From the NCBI GenBank assembly GCA_963749075.1, contig CAVVLJ010000020.1, positions 224,001 through 288,000 on the forward strand: a DNA stretch of 64,000 bases, written 5' to 3'. The number at the start of each line of letters is the position of its first letter. The stretch's first letter is position 1. The DNA comes from an uncultured Pseudomonadota bacterium (GTDB taxonomy: Bacteria > Pseudomonadota > Alphaproteobacteria > JACZXZ01). The position numbers and the translations under genes are program-made. Below, one piece after another: positions 10,377 through 19,388 of the stretch. The notes under the pieces are model-generated. The model had not been told where the DNA came from. It saw only the letters and a list, made by a program, of their open reading frames with translations, and ran no database searches.

Positions 10377-11282
10377 ATGAAGACGACCGGATGGATGCTT
10401 GTTCTCGCCGCCCTGTGGGCGGCGCCGTGGGCGCCGCCGAGCGCGCCTGCCGCCGCGGCCGAAGCGCTGGCCGCGGCGCCGCCTCAGCTTGCCGCCCCCT
10501 TGCCGGCGGACATCAAGAGCCGTGGCAAGCTGGTGATGGGAGTGAAGTGCGACTACCCGCCCTTCGGCTATGTGGACGCCGCGGGCAAGAACGCCGGCTT
10601 CGAAATCGACGTGGTGCGCCAGTTCGCCGCTGACGCGTTCGGCTCGCCCGGCGCCGTCGAGCTCGTGTGCGTGAGCGGGCCGAACCGCATCCCCTACCTC
10701 ACGAGCGGCAGGGTCGACGGCATCGTCTCGGTGCTCTCCTGGACGCCCGACCGTGCCAAGGTCATCGGCTTCTCGATCCCCTATTTCGATTCCGGCATCC
10801 GGCTGCTCGTGCCCCAGGGATCGCCGATCAAGGATTGGGGCGACCTCAAGGGCAAGACGATCACCACGACCAGCGGCGGCACGCAGAGCATCTGGCTCAC
10901 CAAATGCATGCCTGACGTGAAGCAGCTGCTTTTCGACAACACGGCCGACTCGCTCTCGGCGCTCAAGCAAGGCCGTGCCGTGGCCTTTCCCCAGGACCTC
11001 ACGCTCCTCGTCGGCATCGTGACCAAGGACCCGACGCTCAAGATCGCCGGCCACAGCGTGGCGCGCGGGCCCTTCGGCGTCGGCGTCAAGCTCGACAACA
11101 AGGCGCTGGCCGCCTGGTTCGACGCCGCCATCGCCGAGATGACGAAGGAGGACTTCTTCTGGCAGGCGCTCGCCAGGCACGTGCCCAAGGAGGCTCTCGA
11201 CCAGTTCAAGGCGGCGGTGCCGCGCCCCGGCCAGCCGGCCATCTCCTACAAGGAGGCCGAGGACATCTACGCTTGCGACTGA
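10377..11282 (+). CDS. Polar amino acid ABC substrate-binding protein
   Basis: SBP_bac_3 motifs DYPPFGY, NRIPYL, FSIPYF. Confidence 0.9.
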   Translation: MKTTGWMLVLAALWAAPWAPPSAPAAAAEALAAAPPQLAAPLPADIKSRGKLVMGVKCDYPPFGYVDAAGKNAGFEIDVVRQFAADAFGSPGAVELVCVSGPNRIPYLTSGRVDGIVSVLSWTPDRAKVIGFSIPYFDSGIRLLVPQGSPIKDWGDLKGKTITTTSGGTQSIWLTKCMPDVKQLLFDNTADSLSALKQGRAVAFPQDLTLLVGIVTKDPTLKIAGHSVARGPFGVGVKLDNKALAAWFDAAIAEMTKEDFFWQALARHVPKEALDQFKAAVPRPGQPAISYKEAEDIYACD

Positions 11283-11298
11283 GCGGAGAGCGTCGCCC

Positions 11299-11967
11299 GT
11301 GAATTTCGGCTACGCCCTCGACCCCGGCTACATCGTAGCGCACCTCGCGGATCTTGCCGCGGGTCTCTTGTGGACGCTGGCGCTGACCGCCATCGGACTT
11401 GCCGGCGGCTCGGCGCTTGGCCTTATCGGCGGTGCCGTGCGCGCCTATCGCGTCCCGCTCCTCTCGCCCCTCGTCGGCGGCTGCGTCGAGCTCATCCGCA
11501 CCACGCCGCTCTTCGTGCAGATCTTTTTCCTCTACTTCGGGCTTCCGGACTTAGGCGTCAGGGTCTCCGGCTTCGCGGTGGCCAGTGCGGCGCTGGTGAT
11601 CTGGGGGGCTGCCTACAACGTGGAGAATTTCCGCGCCGCGCTCGAGGCGGTGCCGCGGCCCTATCGCGAGGCGGCTCGCGCCCTCGGGCTGCGGCCGCTC
11701 CAGGCCTTCCTCGCCGTGGCCTTGCCGGTCGCCTGCCGCATCGCCATGCCGTCCGTCACCAACACCAGCGTGGAGACGCTGAAGAATTCGGCACTCATGC
11801 TCGCCATCAGCTTTCCCGAGCTCACCGACACCGCGGTCAACCTGGTCGCGGTGAGCTTCCGCGTCTTCGAGGTCTTCATCACGATCGGCGCCGTCTATCT
11901 CCTGCTCGCGGCCGGGCTCACGCGGGCCATGCGCGGCCTCGAGCGCCGCCTCGCCTGGCCGGTCTGA
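11299..11967 (+). CDS. Amino acid ABC permease
   Basis: RTTPLFVQIFFLYFGLP; EAA loop. Confidence 0.9.
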   Translation: MNFGYALDPGYIVAHLADLAAGLLWTLALTAIGLAGGSALGLIGGAVRAYRVPLLSPLVGGCVELIRTTPLFVQIFFLYFGLPDLGVRVSGFAVASAALVIWGAAYNVENFRAALEAVPRPYREAARALGLRPLQAFLAVALPVACRIAMPSVTNTSVETLKNSALMLAISFPELTDTAVNLVAVSFRVFEVFITIGAVYLLLAAGLTRAMRGLERRLAWPV

Positions 11968-11970
11968 GCC

Positions 11971-12630
11971 GTGCCCGATTGGGTCCCGCCGGTCGCCGCC
12001 TACATGGCCCAGGGTCTGGCCACGACGCTGCTGCTCGCGCTCGTCTGCTCGCTCGCCTCGGTGGCGCTCGGCACGCTCCTCGGCGTGGCCATGATCGCCG
12101 AGCTCCCCCTCTTGCGGCGCGCCCTCCGCCTCTACATCGAGCTGTGGCGCGGGCTACCGCTCATCGTCATCCTCTTCTTCGTGTTCTTTGCCCTGCCGGC
12201 CGCGGGCCTGCGCCTGAGCGCCGTCGCGGCGGCCGGGGTCGGCCTCAGCCTCTGGGGCAGCGCCGTCGTCGCCGACAACGTGCGCGGCGCCATCGCATCG
12301 CTCCCGCGCGGCCAATTCGAGGCCAGCCGCGCGCTTGGCCTCCACTGGATCGCCACCATGCGCTGGGTCATCCTGCCGCAGGCGGTGCGGAGACTCTTGG
12401 CGCCGACGCTCAATCTCCTGACCTCGCTCATCCACGGCACCTCGCTGGCGGCGCAATTGGGGGCGCTCGAGCTCCTCGAGGCGGCGCGGCGCTCGATCCA
12501 GCGCCTCGTGCTCGATGCCGGCCAGCCGCACAGCTTCGCGATCTTCGGCGCAGTGCTCGTCGTCTTCTTCCTGGTCTGCTATCCCCTCATCAGCCTCTCG
12601 CGCCGGCTCGAGCGGCGCCTGCAGCTCTGA
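11971..12630 (+). CDS. Amino acid ABC permease
   Basis: RGLPLIVILF; GQFEASRALG; VILPQA. Confidence 0.9.
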   Translation: MPDWVPPVAAYMAQGLATTLLLALVCSLASVALGTLLGVAMIAELPLLRRALRLYIELWRGLPLIVILFFVFFALPAAGLRLSAVAAAGVGLSLWGSAVVADNVRGAIASLPRGQFEASRALGLHWIATMRWVILPQAVRRLLAPTLNLLTSLIHGTSLAAQLGALELLEAARRSIQRLVLDAGQPHSFAIFGAVLVVFFLVCYPLISLSRRLERRLQL

Positions 12631-12640
12631 GCGGCGGGCG

Positions 12641-13786
12641 ATGGCCAGGACCACGGTGCGCGCAATGGAGAGCTTTCGCGGCTATCTCCGTCCGGACGGC
12701 CTCGTCGGCACGCGGAATCTGCTGCTCATCGTGGCGCTCTCCGATCTGGCTAACGGAATCGCCGCGCGCCTTGCGGAGAATACGGCGGGTGCCGTGGCCC
12801 TTCTGACGCCCGCGGGCGGGCTCTCCTTCGGCGAGGAGGCCCGGCTGATCGCCCGCTTGCGCGTGCGCATGTGGGCCAACGCGAATGTCGGGGCCGTGCT
12901 CGCCCTTGGAACGGACGAGGCCGAGTTGAGGGCAGTCTCCGACGCCGTGGCGCGCGCGCGGAAGCCCGTCGAGACGCTCTCGCTCCTGGACACGCTCGAC
13001 AGTCCGGGCACCATGCGTGCCGGCCGAAGCATCGCAGAGCGCCTCCTCGCCGGTCTCGCGCGGGAGCGGCGCCGCGAGGTGGCGCTCTCCGGCCTCTCCA
13101 TCGGGCTCAAATCGAGCGCCAGCAGCGCCAGATCGGCGCGGCTCGTCAATCCGGCCGTGGGCCGGCTTGTGGACGCCCTCGCGCGCGCGGGCGGTACCGT
13201 GGTCGCGACGGAGCTGGCCGATCTCGCGGCTGCCGCGGATGCCCTCGCCGCACGCGCGACAGGGCGCGAAGTCGCCGCCGCGGTCAGGGCGGCCCTCGAG
13301 CGGCCGCGGCACCTCCTCGCCTCGCTCGGTGCCGCGGCACCCGACCCCACGCCGATGAACCGCCTCGGCGGCCTCGCCACCATCGCGGAGAAGGGCGCTA
13401 CGGCGCTGAAGCGCCTCGGCCGCGCGCCGATCTGCTCGCTCATTCCCTATGGCGAGCCGCCGCAAGGCTCGGGCCTCCATCTCATGGCGGGGCCGGGATC
13501 GGCCGCGGTCTCGCTCGTCGGCCTCGCCGCCGCGGGTGCGACTCTCGTCGTCCACACGGTCGGCCTCACCAGCGCGACGCCGCCCTCGCCGCTCGTCCCC
13601 GTCGTCAAGATCGGCGGTCCCCTGCTCGCCGCAAGCCGGGAGCTCGATCTCGCCGTCACGGGCGGCGCCGGACATGGGCCGGCGCTCATCGCGGCCGTGC
13701 TGCGCGCGGCGTCGGGGAGGCGCACTGCGAGCGAGCGCGCCGATGGCAGTACCGTCATGCTGCCAAGCCAGCTGCCACCGCTCTGA
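12641..13786 (+). CDS. UxaA/GarD-family dehydratase large subunit, divergent
   Basis: FRGYLRPDGLVGTRN, N..GGLATIAEKG, AAGATLVVHTVG...PVVKI. Confidence 0.7.
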   Translation: MARTTVRAMESFRGYLRPDGLVGTRNLLLIVALSDLANGIAARLAENTAGAVALLTPAGGLSFGEEARLIARLRVRMWANANVGAVLALGTDEAELRAVSDAVARARKPVETLSLLDTLDSPGTMRAGRSIAERLLAGLARERRREVALSGLSIGLKSSASSARSARLVNPAVGRLVDALARAGGTVVATELADLAAAADALAARATGREVAAAVRAALERPRHLLASLGAAAPDPTPMNRLGGLATIAEKGATALKRLGRAPICSLIPYGEPPQGSGLHLMAGPGSAAVSLVGLAAAGATLVVHTVGLTSATPPSPLVPVVKIGGPLLAASRELDLAVTGGAGHGPALIAAVLRAASGRRTASERADGSTVMLPSQLPPL

Positions 13787-13876
13787 TGGTGCAGCCGCGA
13801 GCGGAGCGCTGGCGACCGATTGCGTTGGCCTATCCCATTGCGCCGAAGGCGGGCAATCGGAGGCGATTTCACGGAC

Positions 13877-14860
13877 TCAGGCTGTCGACGGCACGGACGA
13901 GCTGGGCCTGGGCGGCGTCCCGGGCGGCGTTTGCGAGCTTCGCTTCACGATTTGCAGAGCGGTTGCCACCAGCGCGCCGACATTGCCGAGTTCGGCCGGG
14001 ATGATCATGGTCGTGCTCTGCTTGGCGAGATTGCCCCATTTGTCGATGAAATCCTTGGCGAGCTGCATCTGCAGCGCTTCGATGCCGCCTTCGACGACCG
14101 CCGCCGTGGCGATGGCGCGGATGGCATCGGCGGTCGCCGAGGCGACCAGCTCAATGGCCTTGGCTTCGCCTTCGGCGCGCAGTATCTCGGCTTGCCGGCG
14201 CCCGTCGGCGAGGTTGATCTCCTGCTGACGCTGGCCCTCGGAGGTGTTGATCTGCTGCTGGCGCTGGCCTTCCGATTTGAAGATCATCGCGCGCTTTTCC
14301 CGTTCCGCCGTGATCTGCAGCTCCATGGCGTGCAGGATTTCCGCCGGCGGAGTGATGTCCTTGATCTCGTAGCGCAGCACCTTGATCCCCCAGTTGACGG
14401 CGGCCTCCTCCACCGCCGCGGCGACCGCGGCATTCAGCATCTGCCGCGAGGACAGGGCCTGGTCGAGATGCAGCTTGCCGATCTCCGAGCGCATGCTGGT
14501 CTGCGCCAATTGCATTGCGGCGTTCATCGGATTGCTCGAGCCATAGGCCGCCTTCACCGCATCGGTGATCTGCAGATAGAGGAAGCCGTCGACGGTGAGG
14601 GTGGTGTTGTCGAGCGAGATGCAGACCTGCGCCGGCACTTCCGAGGGCACTTCGCGCAGGTCGAAGCGGTACGCGACGCGGTCCGCGAAGGGCACGAGGA
14701 CGTTCAACCCCGGCGTCAGGGCGCGGTGGAAGCGGCCGAGCCGCTCGACGATCCACGACTGCTGCTGCGGCACGATGCGCAGCGCCGAGCGGAGCACCGC
14801 GATCCCGAGGACCAGAAGAAGAATGAAGGGGATGAACGACGCGAGAAACTCGTCCCGCAT
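13877..14860 (-). CDS. SPFH/band 7 protein (QmcA-like)
   Basis: IVERLGRF, WGIKVLRYEIKDITPP, AEREKRA. Confidence 0.92.
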   Translation of the reverse strand: MRDEFLASFIPFILLLVLGIAVLRSALRIVPQQQSWIVERLGRFHRALTPGLNVLVPFADRVAYRFDLREVPSEVPAQVCISLDNTTLTVDGFLYLQITDAVKAAYGSSNPMNAAMQLAQTSMRSEIGKLHLDQALSSRQMLNAAVAAAVEEAAVNWGIKVLRYEIKDITPPAEILHAMELQITAEREKRAMIFKSEGQRQQQINTSEGQRQQEINLADGRRQAEILRAEGEAKAIELVASATADAIRAIATAAVVEGGIEALQMQLAKDFIDKWGNLAKQSTTMIIPAELGNVGALVATALQIVKRSSQTPPGTPPRPSSSVPSTA

Positions 14861-14879
14861 GATGCGTCTCCTCGAATGC

Positions 14880-15320
14880 CTATGACTGCGCCGCCTCGGG
14901 CGACGGGGAAAGATGCAGGAGCTTGTCGGTCTTGCGCGTGATGAAGGCCGTAGTGCCGGGAGCGGGGGCGGCGGTGCCTTCCATGACGGCCTCCCAATTC
15001 GTGCCGCGATAGCTCACCAAAACGTGGTTTTCCTGCGGCAATACGCTGACGACCGTCACGCGCTGGCCGATGTCGAAATCGACGAGCTGCTTGCTGCGCG
15101 CGAGACGCCGCCGGTAGAGCATGACCGCGGCCGTGACGATCGCACAAAGCAGCACGAACGCCAAGATCAGCAGGTCGCCCGAAACCCAGAAGCCGATCGC
15201 GACCGCGAGGAGTGCAGCGCCGGCGACGCCGGCAAGATAGAAGGTGCCGGTGTGCAGCTCGGCCAGTGCGGCGGAGAGGGCGACGACGAGGAAAAGCCAT
15301 TGCATGGGCGAAATGCTCAT
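14880..15320 (-). CDS. NfeD-like membrane protein (YbbJ-like)
   Basis: ELHTGTFYL, YRGTNWEA; adjacent to SPFH gene. Confidence 0.85.
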   Translation of the reverse strand: MSISPMQWLFLVVALSAALAELHTGTFYLAGVAGAALLAVAIGFWVSGDLLILAFVLLCAIVTAAVMLYRRRLARSKQLVDFDIGQRVTVVSVLPQENHVLVSYRGTNWEAVMEGTAAPAPGTTAFITRKTDKLLHLSPSPEAAQS

Positions 15321-15570
15321 TCGGACGGGCTCTTCAGTCCCGGGCAGATTGCCAGCGCGCTGCGCCCGATCGCGAGATCTCCAGCAGTTTCTTCGCGGCG
15401 CAGATCTCCATCGGGCGCCGGCGTCATCACGGCAGGCACCGCCCGCCGCCGGTAGCATGCTCTCTCGCGGCACAGAGAGCAATCCCGCGCGTCGGTAATG
15501 GTACAGTTTGAATTTCTGGGTCTCTCGCGCCCCGCTCCCCTCGTGACCGGAGCCGTGCCATACTTAGAGT

Positions 15571-15795
15571 ATGGCCATCAAGCGACTCAAACGTCCGCGC
15601 GACCCGCTCCAGCTCGCCAAGCTCATTGGTGATATTGCGACTGGGCAAGTTGCTGATAGGGCAGAAGATACCCGAAGCGCCGCCGCCGTCGAATTAGGCC
15701 AAAAAGGCGGCAAAGCGCGTGCAGCAAAATTGTCAAAAGAAAGACGAAAAGAGATCGCAAGTGCCGCAGCTCGGCGTAGATGGGGACATAAGTAA
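15571..15795 (+). CDS. Small basic protein at the IS end
   Basis: KRPRDPLQLAKLIGDIATG...LGQKGGKARAAKLS..RRKEIA..AA..RW; recalled as a frequent neighbour of such transposases. Confidence 0.75.
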   Translation: MAIKRLKRPRDPLQLAKLIGDIATGQVADRAEDTRSAAAVELGQKGGKARAAKLSKERRKEIASAAARRRWGHK

Positions 15796-15801
15796 TCTTG
15801 G

Positions 15802-16383
15802 TTAACTGCGCTTTGGGAGGAGCGGATTATCAGGTAAATTTGGAAGTGGCAGCGTCGGTATTACAAGTGCTGTGCCGGCCCCAAGACCGGGAAATGGGAA
15901 TAGCGGATTAGCAGCTCCCGCTGATTGTGGTTCCACCCGCAATGTTCCAAGTCTAATGATCTTATCGCCATAATCGGCGCGGACTTTAATTCGTCCCGCC
16001 TGAATCAAAATCATTGGTGACATAACAAACAGCGTGTTTATAGTGAAAAGCTCTGGCAAGTCTGGGTCAGGAGGCAGCGTAGTGGTCTTAAAAGTTTCGT
16101 CCACTGTCGCTTTATTAGCAGGAATTTCTCCGCCTACATTTGGTTTATCGGGGGCGTTACCGGGCAAGAAAATTTTGATTGTGATGCTCCAATCCCGATT
16201 TTCTGCCATTTTACGCGGTTCATTAAAGGTCGTCGCAATTCCGAACTTTGGCACCACCATTGGAAAAGCCGGCACGTAAATAACGGCGTTGTAAACGCCG
16301 ATGTAACTTGCCTTGTTACCAACCTCCGAACGAATGTCGTCACAAAAGATGGACGAGCCAAACGGTTCATCAAATTTGGACAT
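15802..16383 (-). CDS. Hypothetical protein, DUF6941-like
   Basis: IFCDDIRSEVGNKASYIGVY N-terminal motif; starts 4 nt after upstream stop. Confidence 0.65.
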   Translation of the reverse strand: MSKFDEPFGSSIFCDDIRSEVGNKASYIGVYNAVIYVPAFPMVVPKFGIATTFNEPRKMAENRDWSITIKIFLPGNAPDKPNVGGEIPANKATVDETFKTTTLPPDPDLPELFTINTLFVMSPMILIQAGRIKVRADYGDKIIRLGTLRVEPQSAGAANPLFPFPGLGAGTALVIPTLPLPNLPDNPLLPKRS

Positions 16384-16387
16384 TTGT

Positions 16388-16840
16388 TCAGCCTGACGTA
16401 GGTGTCCCCAGCAGATCACTGTATGCAATGCCGGTGGCGCCCCTAGTGGTTAGCATTGCCGCGTTAGGACCCGTGATATAGATCACGGCTCCTGCTGATG
16501 ACGAGGATAACCAATCAGGGTGCCGATAATTGCGCGGAGGCTCCTCAAGGGGGTGGACGATACTGTATCCTGCTTCCGCATGCGAAATGGCAAAAAGCAG
16601 ATCGCTCAAGGTATCAAGGCCCCAATTGCCCGGCGCACCGATTAAACGACACACAACGTCTGGTCGCTTATTCATCCGACGCGCCAGTTCAGCCTGAGTA
16701 AGGCCGCTCTTCTTGAATTCATTCAGCACAAGATCATGCACGCGGCTCCTGTTCCTAGCCTGAAAATAGGCGAACTCCCAAGCCGGGATCGCCCCTGTTC
16801 CCGTGGGGCTAAACGGGCTCAAAGTTGGAGAGGTAGTCAT
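16388..16840 (-). CDS. XRE-type HTH protein, putative antitoxin with C-terminal tail
   Basis: SGLTQAELARRMNKRPDVVCRLIGAPGNWGLDTLSDLLFAI. Confidence 0.75.
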   Translation of the reverse strand: MTTSPTLSPFSPTGTGAIPAWEFAYFQARNRSRVHDLVLNEFKKSGLTQAELARRMNKRPDVVCRLIGAPGNWGLDTLSDLLFAISHAEAGYSIVHPLEEPPRNYRHPDWLSSSSAGAVIYITGPNAAMLTTRGATGIAYSDLLGTPTSG

Positions 16841-17345
16841 TGAGGCTGGCTCCGTGGAACGGTTGATGTGGATGAAAGAGATTCCTCCATCTGGCCTTAC
16901 ATCGTTCGATCTCATCGCGCCAATCTTTGTCTTCAGCCAAATTCTCCCGAAAGTTAACGGTCAGCGCCACGAATAGATCTTTATCTGCAAAGCCACCAAG
17001 CACTCTGATCCCCGGTTTCGGATCAACGCATCGAATATCAAAAATGTCGTCCCTGGGCGGGTCTGTCCGTGCGACCCGGGTGGCCTTTGGCTTCTTATAG
17101 GGATCGTCGGCGACGGTTATGCGATCCCCCTGGGTCCAGGCATCCAAATAGGCTCGCATCTGCGTTAGCCGCCGTCCCTCTGTTGTCACCGGCCATGGCG
17201 GGTGTGCGACCTTATTGACCTCCTCGGAAACAAACAGCTCCCGTATCACCTTAGCGCTCGGAATGAGCGGCGGCAGGAAGAACAGCCGAGGAGGCACCTC
17301 GCTGACACGGTTATTGATTCCATCGCGTATTGACATATAAGTCAA
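16809..17345 (-). CDS. Hypothetical protein, putative RelE/HigB-like toxin
   Basis: DIFDIR....PGIRVLGGF...DLFVAL...R beta-strand pattern; overlaps downstream HTH gene. Confidence 0.5.
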   Translation of the reverse strand: MTYMSIRDGINNRVSEVPPRLFFLPPLIPSAKVIRELFVSEEVNKVAHPPWPVTTEGRRLTQMRAYLDAWTQGDRITVADDPYKKPKATRVARTDPPRDDIFDIRCVDPKPGIRVLGGFADKDLFVALTVNFRENLAEDKDWRDEIERCKARWRNLFHPHQPFHGASLNDYLSNFEPV

Positions 17346-17430
17346 TGAGAGAAATATTAAAGGACCTTACGCGCGATGGTAGCGCAATGCAGCTAGTAGA
17401 GTCCCGCATACATTCGTCAAAAGAAATTGC

Positions 17431-17459
17431 TTGACGCTAAGCATAAAATGACAGATACT
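17431..17459 (+). promoter_or_regulatory. Putative sigma70 promoter for the transposase
   Basis: TTGACG-17 bp-GATACT, ATG 6 nt downstream. Confidence 0.5.
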
Positions 17460-17465
17460 AGGGGC

Positions 17466-18416
17466 ATGAACAAATTGTCCCCTGAGAAGCGCGCCCAAAT
17501 CCTCGGCATGATGGCCGAAGGGGTTTCGTTGCGGTCGATCACACGCCTAACTGGCGTGAGCCGGACAACCTCCCTCAAGCTGCTGGTCGATGTCGGCAAC
17601 GCCTTCTCGGACTATCAGGATCGCGCGCTTCGCAACTTTCCGTGCAAGCGCGTGAAGGTTGACGAAATTTGGGCGTTCGTCGGGATGAAGGCGAAGAACG
17701 TTCCCGAGGAAAGGAAGGGCGAATACGGCATCGGGGACGTTTGGACATGGACGGCAATTGATGCGGATACGAAGCTCGTGCCGTCCTGGTTCGTCGGGAA
17801 CCGCGATGCCGAGCACGCGCGGACCCTCCTAAGCGATCTTGCAGGCCGCATGGCCGGTCGCATCCAACTAACGTCAGACGCCATGCGCGCCTATCGGGAC
17901 GCGGTACATGACGCGTTCCTAGACGAGATCGACTATGCCCAGCTCGTCAAGATTTACGGCGAAGACCCGGAAAGTATGAAGGGGCGCTATAGTCCCGCCG
18001 AGCGCATCGGCTGCGAGCGCCAGAAGATCAGCGGGAACGCTGATCCAAAGCATATCAGCACTTCTCACGTCGAGCGGCAGAACCTCAATATCAGAATGGG
18101 GCTGCGCCGCTTCACGCGCTTGACCAATGCATTTTCAAAGAAGCTCGAAAACCATGTGCACGGCCTCGCCATCTACTTTATGTACTACAACTTCGTTCGC
18201 ATCCATCAAACATTGCGCGTCACCCCCGCGATGGCAGCCGGCGTAACCGACAAGCTTTGGGAGCTAAGCGATTTGGTTCGGATCGTGGAAGAATACGAGC
18301 GTGAGCCCGTCTCGGACGCCGACGCACCATCCGATATAGATCGCCTTTTGAGCGACGCCGACGGCTATATGCGACGCCCAGGACACCCCGACCAGCACGG
18401 CCCGCAGCGAACCTAA
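17466..18416 (+). CDS. IS1-family DDE transposase (single ORF)
   Basis: N-terminal HTH (GVSLRSITRLTGVSRTT); VDEIWAFV, TSD, VERQNLNIR; FSKKLENH. Confidence 0.9.
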   Translation: MNKLSPEKRAQILGMMAEGVSLRSITRLTGVSRTTSLKLLVDVGNAFSDYQDRALRNFPCKRVKVDEIWAFVGMKAKNVPEERKGEYGIGDVWTWTAIDADTKLVPSWFVGNRDAEHARTLLSDLAGRMAGRIQLTSDAMRAYRDAVHDAFLDEIDYAQLVKIYGEDPESMKGRYSPAERIGCERQKISGNADPKHISTSHVERQNLNIRMGLRRFTRLTNAFSKKLENHVHGLAIYFMYYNFVRIHQTLRVTPAMAAGVTDKLWELSDLVRIVEEYEREPVSDADAPSDIDRLLSDADGYMRRPGHPDQHGPQRT

Positions 18417-18465
18417 TCATCGGAGATCGCGAGGACCCGGATTTTTTCGGCGAATCGATCACAGA

Positions 18466-19332
18466 ATGCTGAAGCGGCTGTTAAAAGCTTTTTGGGTTGC
18501 CTTGTTCGCGTGTCTGGTGCTCGGATACGTCTCTCTGGTTTGGTATGCATCACAAGCGCCCGGGTCATCGCAATACGAACGCCGCACCTACCATACCAAT
18601 GAAAAAGCCGGCCAGCGCAACCCACCCCAAACCCTTTGGGAATGGGTGACGCATGACGCAATAGCTGTCTTCACTTTCTTCCTGGCCGCCTTTACCGGCG
18701 CGCTCTTCTGGGTTTCCATCATTGAAATGCGATACCTGAGACGCGCCGATAAGACGGCACGGAAACTCGCGAAAATCACCAAACAACAGACTGCTATTTT
18801 GGCCGCTCAAGCCGATATCGCATTGAAGCAGCATGAACTCGAGCGCTTGCAGTTTATCGCCGACAAGAGGCCGAGATTGCGCATCCGGAACGTTGTTGTG
18901 AGGCCGGCAAGCGTCACGGGCTATGAGCCGACCCTTTTCCATCCCGGACAATATGTCGGTGGTCAATGCTATATCGCCAACTCTGGAGGCATCGACGCTG
19001 TTGTTGTGGAGGCTCACTGTGAGGTCTTTGTGACTAACGTTCAGCTGCCAATGGAAAGGCCCTACGAAGGGAAAAACGGCAATTCGGCGATCCGCCCAAC
19101 GATTCCTCCCGGCGGTTCTGTGCCATTCCCATTTCAGAGCGATACCATTATCAGCGAACACCAGTCGCAGGCGGTCAGGAACGGCATTGGTTATCGGCTT
19201 TACTTGCTTGGATGGGTTGAATACGAAGACATCAAGGGAGTGCGAAGACGTACTGCGTTCTGCAGGAAATATGATGCCGCCACCGGTCGCTTCGCCGCAG
19301 TAGATGACCCCGATTACGAACACGAAGAATAG
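18466..19332 (+). CDS. Hypothetical membrane-anchored passenger protein
   Basis: Two hydrophobic segments, coiled stretch, beta-rich C-terminus (GWVEYEDIKG..RRTAFC); inside IS ends. Confidence 0.65.
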   Translation: MLKRLLKAFWVALFACLVLGYVSLVWYASQAPGSSQYERRTYHTNEKAGQRNPPQTLWEWVTHDAIAVFTFFLAAFTGALFWVSIIEMRYLRRADKTARKLAKITKQQTAILAAQADIALKQHELERLQFIADKRPRLRIRNVVVRPASVTGYEPTLFHPGQYVGGQCYIANSGGIDAVVVEAHCEVFVTNVQLPMERPYEGKNGNSAIRPTIPPGGSVPFPFQSDTIISEHQSQAVRNGIGYRLYLLGWVEYEDIKGVRRRTAFCRKYDAATGRFAAVDDPDYEHEE

Positions 19333-19388
19333 GATGGCGCCGCGCGACGTTCGGGGAATTCGGCATAATTGTCGAAACTGACCCACTA

